From assembly GCF_050182545.1 (NCBI RefSeq), contig NZ_JBFXCD010000002.1:52850-116849 (forward strand): DNA of 64,000 nucleotides, given 5' to 3'. The DNA comes from Hydrogenophaga sp. (GTDB lineage Bacteria > Pseudomonadota > Gammaproteobacteria > Burkholderiales > Burkholderiaceae_C). The notes beneath the pieces were generated by a model. The model worked only from the letters and a program-made list of their open reading frames with translations. It was not told the DNA's origin and did no database searches. Position 1 is the stretch's first letter; each line of letters begins with the position of its first letter. Position numbers and translations under genes: made by a program. Positions 52,449 to 61,083 of this stretch are shown piece after piece.

Positions 52449-53171
52449 TCAGCGCAGTTCGTACTCGAACGTGCTGACCACCCGCAGCCGTTTCATGCGC
52501 GAGCTGCCGTCGTCGAAATCGTTGCCGTCGTCGCCGGTGATGCGGATCACGCCCTGGTTGGCGTTCTTCAGCGGGCCGAGTTCGGCGCCCGCTTCGGCGG
52601 CGAACTTGTCGGCCTGCTCGCGCGCATTGCGCGTGGCCTCGGCCAGCAGCGGCGCCTTGATGTCGTTGAAGCCGCGCAACTGGTAGCGCGGGCCACCGCG
52701 CCCCTCGTTGTCGCCACCGAGCTGGATGCCGTCCTGGATGAGCGGGTCGACCGCGCGCGCGGCGGCCTCGACCTCGGTCACACGGGCCGACTTCACCAGC
52801 ACCTGACCCGTGCCGTTGAAGCGAAACGGCTGGTTGGCTTGCGCGTACTCGCGCGCGTACAAGTCCTGCACCTGCAAAGGCCGGGCCTCGACCTCGGCCT
52901 CGCTAAAACCCCGCGATTTCAGGAACGCCACCACCTTGTCGCGGTCGGCGGCCAGTGCCTTCTGCACGCCGCCGAAATCGTTGCCGGCGCGGCGAAAGCC
53001 CAGGGTCCAGATCGCAAAGTCGCTCTCCACGCTTTTTTCGGCGAGGCCTTTGACCGTGACGGACCGGTCCGACATGCGGAACCGCTCCAGGCCCTGGCCC
53101 ACGGCGAACCCGGCCAGGGCCATGCCGGCCGCCACCAACAGGGCGGTGACGAAACGGGAAAGGCTGTTCAT
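52449..53171 (-). CDS. SIMPL/DUF541-domain periplasmic protein
   Basis: ORF 52449..53300. The start is MNSLSRFVTALLVAAGMALA. It resembles the YggE family. Confidence 0.7.
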   Translation of the reverse strand: MNSLSRFVTALLVAAGMALAGFAVGQGLERFRMSDRSVTVKGLAEKSVESDFAIWTLGFRRAGNDFGGVQKALAADRDKVVAFLKSRGFSEAEVEARPLQVQDLYAREYAQANQPFRFNGTGQVLVKSARVTEVEAAARAVDPLIQDGIQLGGDNEGRGGPRYQLRGFNDIKAPLLAEATRNAREQADKFAAEAGAELGPLKNANQGVIRITGDDGNDFDDGSSRMKRLRVVSTFEYELR

Positions 53172-53235
53172 TCGATGTCCTCCGGTATGGCGAGCCGGCC
53201 CCTCGGCCAGCGGTACCCGGCATGGTAATCCCGCT

Positions 53236-54543
53236 ATGCTTGCCGCCGTGACCGGACCCTCTTCCCCGCCCCTGAAACGCCGAATCGCGCACCTGGACAT
53301 GGACGCGTTCTTCGCGTCGGTCGAGCTGCTGCGTTACCCGCAGCTGAAGGGCCTGCCGGTGGTGATCGGCGGTGGGAGGCGGCGCGAGGACGACCTGCTG
53401 GCACAGGTGCGGCAGGCCTTCCCAGAGCGCGAGTGGACCGAGGCCGACCTGGACCGCATTCCGGTCGAATTCTTCCCGCGGCTGGAGCACTACGTGGGCC
53501 GGGGCGTGGCCACCACCGCGACGTATGCGGCGCGCCAGTTCGGTGTGGGTTCGGCGATGGGGCTGATGAAGGCAGCGAAGCTGTGCCCGCAAGCCATCCT
53601 GCTGCCGGTGGATTTCGACGAGGTGCGCCGCATCTCGCGCCTGTTCAAGAGCACCATCCGCGAGATCGCGCCGGTGATGGAGGATCGCGGCGTGGATGAG
53701 GTCTACATCGACTTCACCGATGTGCCCGGTGGCCAGCGCGAGGGTGGCCGCGTGCTGGCGCGGCTGATCCAGAAAAGCATCTTCCAGGCCACGGGGCTGA
53801 CCTGCTCCATCGGTGTCGCGCCCAACAAGCTCATCGCCAAGATGGCCAGTGAGTTCAACAAGCCCAACGGCATCAGCATCGTGCGCGCCGAGGACCTGCA
53901 GGCGCTGATCTGGCCACTGCCCTGCCGCAAGATCAACGGCGTGGGCCCCAAGGCCGATGCGAAGCTGCAGGGTCACGGCATCCACACCATCGGCGAACTG
54001 GCGCAGCGCGAGCGCGGCTGGCTCATTGAAAACTTCGGCAAGAGCTACGGCGCCTGGCTGCACGAGGTGTCCTGGGGCCGCGACGATCGCGCCGTGCAGA
54101 CCGAAAGCGAACCGGTGAGCATGAGCCGCGAAACCACCTTCGACCGCGACCTGCACGCCGCGCGCGACCGCGCCGAACTCGGCGCCATCTTTACGCGCCT
54201 GTGCGAGCAGGTGGCCGACGACCTTCAACGCAAGGGCTACGCGGGCAAAACGATTGGCGTGAAGCTGCGCTACGACAACTTCCAGATCGTCACGCGCGAT
54301 GTGACCATCGGCGACTTCACCAGCGATGCGGCCACCATCCGCCGCCAGGCCGGCCTGTGCCTCAAGCGTGTGGACCTGACGCGCCGCATCCGGCTGCTGG
54401 GCGTGCGGGTGGGCAAGCTCGTCAAACCCGTGACAGAGGGCGAGGTGCCCGCGGTCTACAGTGCCAAGCCGTCCACCCCCACACCACGAGAGACAAGCCG
54501 CAATGAACACACCGACCTGCTTTTCCCTGAGCTTGACGGATAA
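53236..54543 (+). CDS. dinB: DNA polymerase IV
   Basis: This is the tail of ORF 52810..54543. It contains IAHLDMDAFFASVE and SIGVAPNKLIAKMAS. Confidence 0.9.
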   Translation: MLAAVTGPSSPPLKRRIAHLDMDAFFASVELLRYPQLKGLPVVIGGGRRREDDLLAQVRQAFPEREWTEADLDRIPVEFFPRLEHYVGRGVATTATYAARQFGVGSAMGLMKAAKLCPQAILLPVDFDEVRRISRLFKSTIREIAPVMEDRGVDEVYIDFTDVPGGQREGGRVLARLIQKSIFQATGLTCSIGVAPNKLIAKMASEFNKPNGISIVRAEDLQALIWPLPCRKINGVGPKADAKLQGHGIHTIGELAQRERGWLIENFGKSYGAWLHEVSWGRDDRAVQTESEPVSMSRETTFDRDLHAARDRAELGAIFTRLCEQVADDLQRKGYAGKTIGVKLRYDNFQIVTRDVTIGDFTSDAATIRRQAGLCLKRVDLTRRIRLLGVRVGKLVKPVTEGEVPAVYSAKPSTPTPRETSRNEHTDLLFPELDG

Positions 54544-55345
54544 CGTCGCCCACCTGGTGCTGAGCCGGCCCGCCGAGCTCAACACCATGCACCCGACCTT
54601 CTGGCGCGAGCTGGACGACGCGCTCACGCAGATCCACACACAGGGCACGGCGCGAGCGCTGGTGATCAGCAGCACCGGCAAACACTTCAGCGCGGGCATG
54701 GCGCTGGAGACATTTGCCGGTGCCATCAGCATGGACGACCAGAGCCCCGAAGGCCGCGCCGCGATCTTCGATCTGCTGACCGACATGCAGGCCACTTTCA
54801 CGAAGATCGAGAACCTGCGCATTCCGGTGATTTGCGCCATCCAGGGCGGCTGCATCGGCGGTGCGGTGGACATGGTCACTGCCGCCTGCATCCGCTATGC
54901 GAGCGCCGACGCCTTTTTCTGCATCCAGGAAATCAACATCGGCATGGTGGCCGACGTGGGCACGCTGCAGCGCCTGCCCAAGCTGATCCCGTTCGCCGTG
55001 GTGAAAGAGATGGCCTACACCGGCCGGCGCCTGCCGGCGTCACGGGCCATGGCCTATGGCCTCGTCAACGAGGTGTTCGACACGCACGAGGCAACAGTGG
55101 CCGCCGCGCTGCAGTGCGCAAAAGAAATTGCCACCAAGCCGCCGGTGGCCATCTGGGGCACCAAGCAGGCCGTGACCTACGCACGCGACCACTCGGTGGA
55201 AGACAGCCTGCGCCAGATGGGCTGGCTGCAGGGCGCGGTGTGGAGCAACGCGCACGTGCGCGAGGCCATCACGGCGATGAAGGACAAGCGCGCGGGCGAC
55301 TTCGCGCCGCTGAGCGCGCTGCAGTCGTTCAAGTCGCTGGGCTGA
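54503..55345 (+). CDS. enoyl-CoA hydratase/isomerase (crotonase) family protein
   Basis: ORF 54461..55345. The start is MNTPTCFSLSL. It overlaps the dinB 3' end by 41 nt in another frame. Confidence 0.8.
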   Translation: MNTPTCFSLSLTDNVAHLVLSRPAELNTMHPTFWRELDDALTQIHTQGTARALVISSTGKHFSAGMALETFAGAISMDDQSPEGRAAIFDLLTDMQATFTKIENLRIPVICAIQGGCIGGAVDMVTAACIRYASADAFFCIQEINIGMVADVGTLQRLPKLIPFAVVKEMAYTGRRLPASRAMAYGLVNEVFDTHEATVAAALQCAKEIATKPPVAIWGTKQAVTYARDHSVEDSLRQMGWLQGAVWSNAHVREAITAMKDKRAGDFAPLSALQSFKSLG

Positions 55346-55378
55346 GCGGCGCGGATTTCCTGGGCACGCCGGAGGAGA

Positions 55379-55804
55379 TCAGGACAGGCGGTAGGTCGCC
55401 AGATGCAGGCTGGTCTCGGTGCTGCTGATGCCGCGGATCAGACGGATGCGCTCGAGCACCTCGGACAGTTCGCTCAGGCTGGCCGCGCGCAACTCGGCCA
55501 GCAGATCCCACCGGCCATTGGTGTCGTGCAGTTCGGCCACCCCAGGCTCGCCGAGCAGGCTGGCAATGACGGCGCGGGTCTGGTTGCCTTCGACCGCCAC
55601 GCTCATCCAGGCGCTGATGCCGGTGGGTTCGGCATCGGGACGCAGGCGCACCGTGTAGCCGACGATCACGCCGTTGTCTTCCAGCCGGGTGATGCGGTTG
55701 GTGACGGTACCGCGTGAGACGCCGAGCGCCTTGGCCAATGCCGCCACGTTGGTGCGAGCGTCCTTGCGCAGCAAGGCGATGAGCCGATGGTCGAGGGCAT
55801 CCAT
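55379..55804 (-). CDS. Lrp/AsnC-family transcriptional regulator
   Basis: ORF 55379..55804, MDALDHRLIALLRKDARTNVAALAKALGVSRGTVTNRI. Confidence 0.85.
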   Translation of the reverse strand: MDALDHRLIALLRKDARTNVAALAKALGVSRGTVTNRITRLEDNGVIVGYTVRLRPDAEPTGISAWMSVAVEGNQTRAVIASLLGEPGVAELHDTNGRWDLLAELRAASLSELSEVLERIRLIRGISSTETSLHLATYRLS

Positions 55805-55926
55805 GTGCGCATTATGTTGGCCAGGTCTGTCGTATTGATATTTTTCTGCCGAAATTTGTACAGGGTTGGCGATTTACATTGACACGGGGGCTTGAGAGAC
55901 TGGGTTCCACTGCAAGGACAACACCC

Positions 55927-56997
55927 ATGAACACCGCCACCACCCCCGCCCTGCCCACCCTGTTCCTGAGCGCCCAGGATGTGGCCACCCTGGTCCACCG
56001 CATCGGCCTGCCCACCGTGCTGGAACGCATGGCCGGCACCCTGCATGCCGACTACCTGCGCTGGCCGGCCTTCGACAAGTCCGCGCGCGTGGCCAGCCAC
56101 TCGGCCGACGGCGTGATCGAACTCATGCCGATCGCCGACGACAGCACCTACGCCTTCAAGTACGTCAACGGCCACCCCAGGAATACCCGCAGCGGCCTGC
56201 CGACGGTGATGGCCTTCGGCGTCCTGGCCGACGTGGCCACCGGCGCGCCAGTGTTGCTGAGCGAGCTCACGCTCACCACCGCCTTGCGCACCGCCGCCAT
56301 GTCGGTGCTGGCCGCACGCGCTCTGGCCCGCCCGGACAGCCGCCGCATGGCGCTGATCGGCAATGGCGCGCAGAGCGAGTTCCAGGCCCTGGCCTTCCAC
56401 CACCTCATGGGCATCACCGAGATCCGCCTGTACGACACCGACGCGGCCGCCACCCGCAAGCTGATGGCCAACCTCGCGGGCCACACGGGTCTGCGCCTGA
56501 TTCCCTGCGAGAGCATCGCGCAGGCGGTGCGCGGCGCCGACATCGTGACCACCGTGACCGCCGACAAGACCAACGCCACCATCCTCACGCCGGAGATGAT
56601 CGAGCCCGGAGTGCACATCAACGGCGTGGGCGGCGACTGCCCTGGCAAGACCGAGCTGCACCCCGACGTGCTGCGCATGGCTTCGGTGTTCGTCGAGTAC
56701 GAACCCCAGACCCGCATCGAGGGCGACCTGCAGCACCTGCCGGCGGACTTCGCGGTGACGGAACTCTGGCGCGTGCTCGCCGGCAACGCGGTTGGTCGAA
56801 CGGACCGGCGGCAGGTGACGGTGTTCGACTCCGTGGGTTTCGCGCTGGAAGACTACTCGGCGCTGCGCTTCCTGCGCGAAGCCGCGAACGAACTCGGCCT
56901 GGGCCAGGCGCTGCCGCTGATTCCCGCGCTAGAGGACCCGAAAGACCTGTTCGGTCTGTTGCGCCGCCATCCCTTGCCGCTCGCACTGGCCGCGTAA
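55927..56997 (+). CDS. ornithine cyclodeaminase
   Basis: ORF 55879..56997. The start is MNTATTPALPTLFL. It contains IGNGAQSEFQ (Rossmann motif). Confidence 0.8.
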   Translation: MNTATTPALPTLFLSAQDVATLVHRIGLPTVLERMAGTLHADYLRWPAFDKSARVASHSADGVIELMPIADDSTYAFKYVNGHPRNTRSGLPTVMAFGVLADVATGAPVLLSELTLTTALRTAAMSVLAARALARPDSRRMALIGNGAQSEFQALAFHHLMGITEIRLYDTDAAATRKLMANLAGHTGLRLIPCESIAQAVRGADIVTTVTADKTNATILTPEMIEPGVHINGVGGDCPGKTELHPDVLRMASVFVEYEPQTRIEGDLQHLPADFAVTELWRVLAGNAVGRTDRRQVTVFDSVGFALEDYSALRFLREAANELGLGQALPLIPALEDPKDLFGLLRRHPLPLALAA

Positions 56998-57043
56998 GCT
57001 CACCACTTTCGCTACGATGGACTGTCCCATCGAATGGCCCTGC

Positions 57044-58105
57044 ATGAAAACCTTCCACAACCCCCACCACGCGGCCCACGCCGGGCAACAGGAAATGTTT
57101 CGCGGCCGCATGGTGCCCTGCCATGAGGTGCCCGCGCGACTGGACTTCGTGCTCGCGGAACTGGCGCGCCGCCCGCTGGGCCCGCTCGGCCCACCGTCGG
57201 TGGAAGACTCCGCGCTGGATGCGGCCATCGCCCGCGTTCACAGCGCACGCTACCTCGCCTTCCTCGCCAGCGCCTGGGACGACTGGGTGGCGATGGACCC
57301 GGCGAATGCGCAGCGCGACGCACTGCCTTCGGTCTGGCCGCTGCCCAGCCGCCACGGATTCCGCAGCGACGTGCTGCCGGCCAATTTCGCGGCACGCCTG
57401 GGCTTGTTCTCGTTCGATTCCGGCTCGCCCCTGACGGCGGGCAGCTGGGCCGCCGCGCGCGGCGGCGCGGCCTGTGCGCTGGCTGCGGCGCAAGCTGTAG
57501 TCAACGGCGAGCGAAGCGCATTCGCGCTCACCCGCCCGCCTGGCCACCATGCCGGGCCGGACTTCCTGGGCGGCTACTGCTTCCTGAACAACGCCGCCAT
57601 CGCCGCGCAGGCGCTGCGCGATGCGGGTCACGCCAAGGTGGCGGTTCTCGACGTGGACTACCACCACGGCAACGGCACGCAGACCATCTTCTACGAGCGC
57701 GCCGACGTGCTCACGGTCTCAATCCACGGCGACCCGACCACCGAATACCCGTTCTTCCTCGGGCATGCGGATGAGCGTGGTGCGGGCGAGGGCGACGGTT
57801 TCAACCTCAACCTGCCGCTGTCGCGCGGCACGGGCTTCGCCAGATGGCGCGCCACCCTGGACACCGCGCTGCAGGCCGTGCACAACTTCGGCGCCAGCGC
57901 CCTGGTCGTGCCCATGGGTCTGGACACCTTCGAGGGCGACCCGATCTCGGGCTTCACGCTCCAGAGCGCGGATTACGCCGTGGTCGGCGCGGCGCTGGCG
58001 GGAGCCGGCCTGCCCGCGGTGTTCACCTTCGAAGGGGGTTACGCGGTGGACGAGGTGGGCACCAACACGGTCAATCTGCTCGAAGGCTTCCAGCAGGCCA
58101 CCTGA
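57044..58105 (+). CDS. histone deacetylase-family amidohydrolase (acetylpolyamine amidohydrolase-like)
   Basis: ORF 57017..58105. The start is MKTFHNPHH. It contains PPGHHAG and DVDYHHGNGTQ. Confidence 0.85.
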   Translation: MKTFHNPHHAAHAGQQEMFRGRMVPCHEVPARLDFVLAELARRPLGPLGPPSVEDSALDAAIARVHSARYLAFLASAWDDWVAMDPANAQRDALPSVWPLPSRHGFRSDVLPANFAARLGLFSFDSGSPLTAGSWAAARGGAACALAAAQAVVNGERSAFALTRPPGHHAGPDFLGGYCFLNNAAIAAQALRDAGHAKVAVLDVDYHHGNGTQTIFYERADVLTVSIHGDPTTEYPFFLGHADERGAGEGDGFNLNLPLSRGTGFARWRATLDTALQAVHNFGASALVVPMGLDTFEGDPISGFTLQSADYAVVGAALAGAGLPAVFTFEGGYAVDEVGTNTVNLLEGFQQAT

Positions 58106-58117
58106 GGTCCGGGCGAC

Positions 58118-58159
58118 AAAAAAGCCCTGGCGTGACGGCTGTCACGCCAGGGCTTTTTT
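58118..58159. terminator. strong bidirectional-type intrinsic terminator
   Basis: An A6 run, a 14-bp perfect stem AGCCCTGGCGTGAC/GTCACGCCAGGGCT (loop GGCT), then a T6 run. Confidence 0.8.
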
Positions 58160-58170
58160 GCGTGTCGGCC

Positions 58171-58198
58171 TGAATCCAGTGGGCGGTACAGCGCGTAA
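58171..58198 (+). promoter_or_regulatory. candidate ECF-type promoter (TGAATCC-N16-CGTAA) upstream of the DUF3034-like gene
   Basis: The motif spacing was read directly. The analogy is to the generic ECF -35 GAAC-like / -10 CGT-like architecture. This is speculative. Confidence 0.25.
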
Positions 58199-58245
58199 CC
58201 AGGAGGCCAACCACACCCTTCTGCCCCTTCACGAGCCATCGCCCC

Positions 58246-59196
58246 ATGAAACACCAGCCCCCAAAGTCCCCCCGCCACAGGGCCATGTGCCTGTTGCCCC
58301 TGGCCGCCACCGCAGCGCTGCTGTCGGCCGCGCCGGCGCGCGCCGAAACCGGCAAACTGCTGCTCACCGGCGGCGTGAGCAGCGTGGAAGGCGCTGCCGG
58401 CGGCGGCATCTCCCCTTGGGCCGTGATCGGCAGCCAGGCCACCGAAGGGGAAGTGGGCGCGTCGGCATTCGCGAGCCGCGCCGTGACCCGCGACTACGGC
58501 CTGAGCGCCTACGGTGTGGCCGTGGGCATCGACGACCGGTTCGAACTTTCGGCCGCGCGCCAGGACTTCAACACCGGCAACACCGGCACCTTGCTCGGCC
58601 TGCCCGGCCTGCATCTCAAGCAGAACGTGCTGGGTGCGAAGTGGCGCGTGGCCGGCGACGCCGTGCTCGACAGCGACAGCCTGATGCCGCAGATCGCCGT
58701 GGGCGTGCAGTTCAAGAACCTTCAGTCTTCCGGTCTGGATGGCACGCTCGATGCACTCGGCGCCAGACGACACGGCACCGACGTGTATGTCAGCGCCACC
58801 AAGCTCTTCCTGGCGCAGGGCGTTCTGGTCAACGCCACGCTGCGCGCCACGCAGGCCAACCAGGGCGGCCTGCTGGGCTTTGGCGCACGTCTCGGCGGCG
58901 CCCGCAACGGCCACGAGCTCCAGCCCGAAATTTCGGTGGCGTATCTCATCAGCAGCAGGCTGGCGGTGGGTGTCGAATACCGCGCCATGCCCAACAAGCT
59001 GCAACGCGCTGGCGCGGCCGCGGGCCTGGGCGATGGCCTGCGCGCCGACGACTGGATGGACATCTTCATCGCCTGGGCGCCGACCAGGAACGTCTCCCTG
59101 ACCGCTGCCTATGTGGACCTGGGCCGCATCGTGCCCGCCACCACCCAGCGGCGCAAACAAACCGGCGTCTACCTCTCGGCCCAGGTCGCGTTCTGA
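58246..59196 (+). CDS. exported DUF3034-like protein (probable outer-membrane or periplasmic)
   Basis: ORF 58246..59196. The signal peptide is MCLLPLAATAALLSAAPARA (alternative start 58285). It contains GKLLLTGGVSSVEGAAGGGISPWA and a terminal aromatic residue. Confidence 0.65.
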   Translation: MKHQPPKSPRHRAMCLLPLAATAALLSAAPARAETGKLLLTGGVSSVEGAAGGGISPWAVIGSQATEGEVGASAFASRAVTRDYGLSAYGVAVGIDDRFELSAARQDFNTGNTGTLLGLPGLHLKQNVLGAKWRVAGDAVLDSDSLMPQIAVGVQFKNLQSSGLDGTLDALGARRHGTDVYVSATKLFLAQGVLVNATLRATQANQGGLLGFGARLGGARNGHELQPEISVAYLISSRLAVGVEYRAMPNKLQRAGAAAGLGDGLRADDWMDIFIAWAPTRNVSLTAAYVDLGRIVPATTQRRKQTGVYLSAQVAF

Positions 59197-59216
59197 ACTC
59201 CCCAACAGGCTCCACC

Positions 59217-59687
59217 ATGAAACACCTCATCACCGCCACCGCCCTCACCCTGATCGCGCTCTCCAGTGGCGCCCTGCTGGCCCAGACCCCTGCGCCCAGT
59301 GCCGCCAGCGCCCACCCCGTCACACCCGCCCCCGGTCTGTATCAGGCCTTCGGCGAGCAGGCTGGCATCCGCAGCCTCATGGACGACTTCGTGCAACGCC
59401 TGCGCGCCGACGCCCGCATCGGTGACCAGTTCAAGGACACCAACCTCGCCAACCTGGCGACATCGCTCGGCGACCAGCTCTGTCAGCTCTCGGGTGGCCC
59501 CTGTATCTACAAGGGACCGGACATGAAGACCGCGCACCAGGACCGCGACATCACCAAGGCGCATTTCAACGCCCTCGTGGAAGTCCTGCAGCAGAGCATG
59601 GAGGCGCGGGGCATTCCCTTCACGCGGCAAAACCAGATGCTGGCGCTACTCGCTCCCATGCACCGCGACACCATCACCGTGCGCTGA
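59217..59687 (+). CDS. group-1-like truncated haemoglobin with an N-terminal signal peptide
   Basis: This is the tail of ORF 57621..59687. MKHLITATALTLIALSSGALLAQT is followed by a globin core, LYQAFGEQAGIRSLMDDFVQRLRAD...MKTAHQDRDIT. Confidence 0.7.
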   Translation: MKHLITATALTLIALSSGALLAQTPAPSAASAHPVTPAPGLYQAFGEQAGIRSLMDDFVQRLRADARIGDQFKDTNLANLATSLGDQLCQLSGGPCIYKGPDMKTAHQDRDITKAHFNALVEVLQQSMEARGIPFTRQNQMLALLAPMHRDTITVR

Positions 59688-59709
59688 GGCCACCACAGGA
59701 CGCACCCGC

Positions 59710-60369
59710 ATGACCCGACACTTCGCCCTTGCCGCCCTGCTGGCGTCGTCCTTGATGGCGCCGCTGGCCGTGCATGCCGCCACCGTGCAGCTGACCGTGC
59801 TCGCTCGCGACGGGCAGCCGCTCGTCGACGCCGTGGTGGTGGTCGAACCGATTTCGGGCATTGCACCTGTCGCACCCGCGCCCGTGCACGCCACGATCCA
59901 GCAGCTCAAGATGCAGTTCGTACCCGGTACCAGCGTGTTGCCGGTGGGTTCGCGCGTGAGTTTCGTCAACCTCGACAGCTGGGACCACCATGTGCGGGGC
60001 GTGCCCGCTGGTCTGAGCGGTCTCAACGCGGCACCGGACGCGGGCTTCGAACTGCGGCTGGACGGCAAAGCCACCAGCAAGGACGCGGCGGTGGCCGATG
60101 TGACACTGACCAGGGCCGGCGCCGTGCAACTGGGCTGCCACCTGCACAGTTCCATGCGCGGCTTCATCTTTGTGACCGACTCGCCGTGGGCGGTCAAGAC
60201 CGACGCGCAAGGCATGGCGATGCTGCAGGACGTGCCCGAAGGCGCGGCACGCCTGCGCGTGTGGCACGGCGAACAGATCATCGAACCCGCGCCCGGCACG
60301 CTCACGGTCACCCGCGTCACGGCGCTGACCGTGCCCACCCAGGTCCAGCCGCGCCGGAGGCGGCCATGA
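59710..60369 (+). CDS. exported cupredoxin-like protein
   Basis: ORF 59710..60369. The signal peptide is MTRHFALAALLASSLMAPLAVHA. It contains GCHLHSSM (a C-x2-H-x2-M copper-site-like motif) with DHHV upstream. Confidence 0.6.
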   Translation: MTRHFALAALLASSLMAPLAVHAATVQLTVLARDGQPLVDAVVVVEPISGIAPVAPAPVHATIQQLKMQFVPGTSVLPVGSRVSFVNLDSWDHHVRGVPAGLSGLNAAPDAGFELRLDGKATSKDAAVADVTLTRAGAVQLGCHLHSSMRGFIFVTDSPWAVKTDAQGMAMLQDVPEGAARLRVWHGEQIIEPAPGTLTVTRVTALTVPTQVQPRRRRP

Positions 60370-60500
60370 AACACCCTGTTCGACAAGCCGACGACCGCGC
60401 CCGGGTGGCGCGCGGTTCGGCCACGCTGCACCTGGTGTGGAGCCGCGCCACGCAGGGCCGTGCCCAGGCAGACATGGCGGGTCTGCCGCACAATGCCGCC

Positions 60501-61073
60501 ATGACACACAGCCCAGACGACGCCCTCATCGCCCTGATCGACCGCGTGGCACAACGCGATGAGGCAGCCCTGAAGGCGCTGTACGACCTGGTGTCCTCCA
60601 AGCTCTACGGGCTCTCGCTGCGCGTGGTGGGCAAGCACGAGTGGGCCGAGGATGTGTTGCAGGAGACCTTCCTGCAGATCTGGCGCGCGGCAGGTGACTA
60701 CCGCGCCAGTCTGAGCCCGCCCATGGCCTGGCTGGGCCTCATCGTGCGCAGCCGCTCGCTGGACTGCCTTCGCCGGCGAAGCGCCGAGCGCGCCCACCTC
60801 ACGGACGAGATCGACGACGCCATGGCCGACACGATGGAGGGCCAATCGCCCAACCCCATGGACGTGAGCCTGGCCAGCCAGCAGGCCTGGGCATTGCACC
60901 AGTGCCTGGGAAAGCTGGAGAACCGCCAGCGCGAGGTGGTCAGCCTGGCCTATCTGCGCGACCTCAGCCACAGCGAACTGGCTGAACAACTCAAACTGCC
61001 GCTGGGCACCGTCAAGACCTGGATCCGCCGCGGGCTGGAGCAGTTGCGCACCTGCATGGCGCGCTTCGCGTGA
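60501..61073 (+). CDS. ECF-family RNA polymerase sigma factor
   Basis: ORF 60186..61073 contains region 2 (DVLQETFLQIW) and region 4 (LSHSELAEQLKLPLGTVKTWIRRG). Alternative in-frame starts lie at 60474 and at 60366; the latter is an ATGA overlap with the upstream stop. Confidence 0.85.
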   Translation: MTHSPDDALIALIDRVAQRDEAALKALYDLVSSKLYGLSLRVVGKHEWAEDVLQETFLQIWRAAGDYRASLSPPMAWLGLIVRSRSLDCLRRRSAERAHLTDEIDDAMADTMEGQSPNPMDVSLASQQAWALHQCLGKLENRQREVVSLAYLRDLSHSELAEQLKLPLGTVKTWIRRGLEQLRTCMARFA

Positions 61074-61083
61074 AGACATCGTC

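Noticed and set aside
57621-59216. The N-terminal 532 aa of the 688-aa ORF 57621..59687.
   Set aside because: This part is out of frame across the deacetylase-like and DUF3034-like genes and passes through a strong terminator. Only the last 156 codons (the truncated globin, from ATG 59217) are credible. The same logic applies to the long upstream extensions of ORFs 42879..45302, 40619..42169, 48973..50790, 52810..54543, 25751..27457 and 26866..29163.
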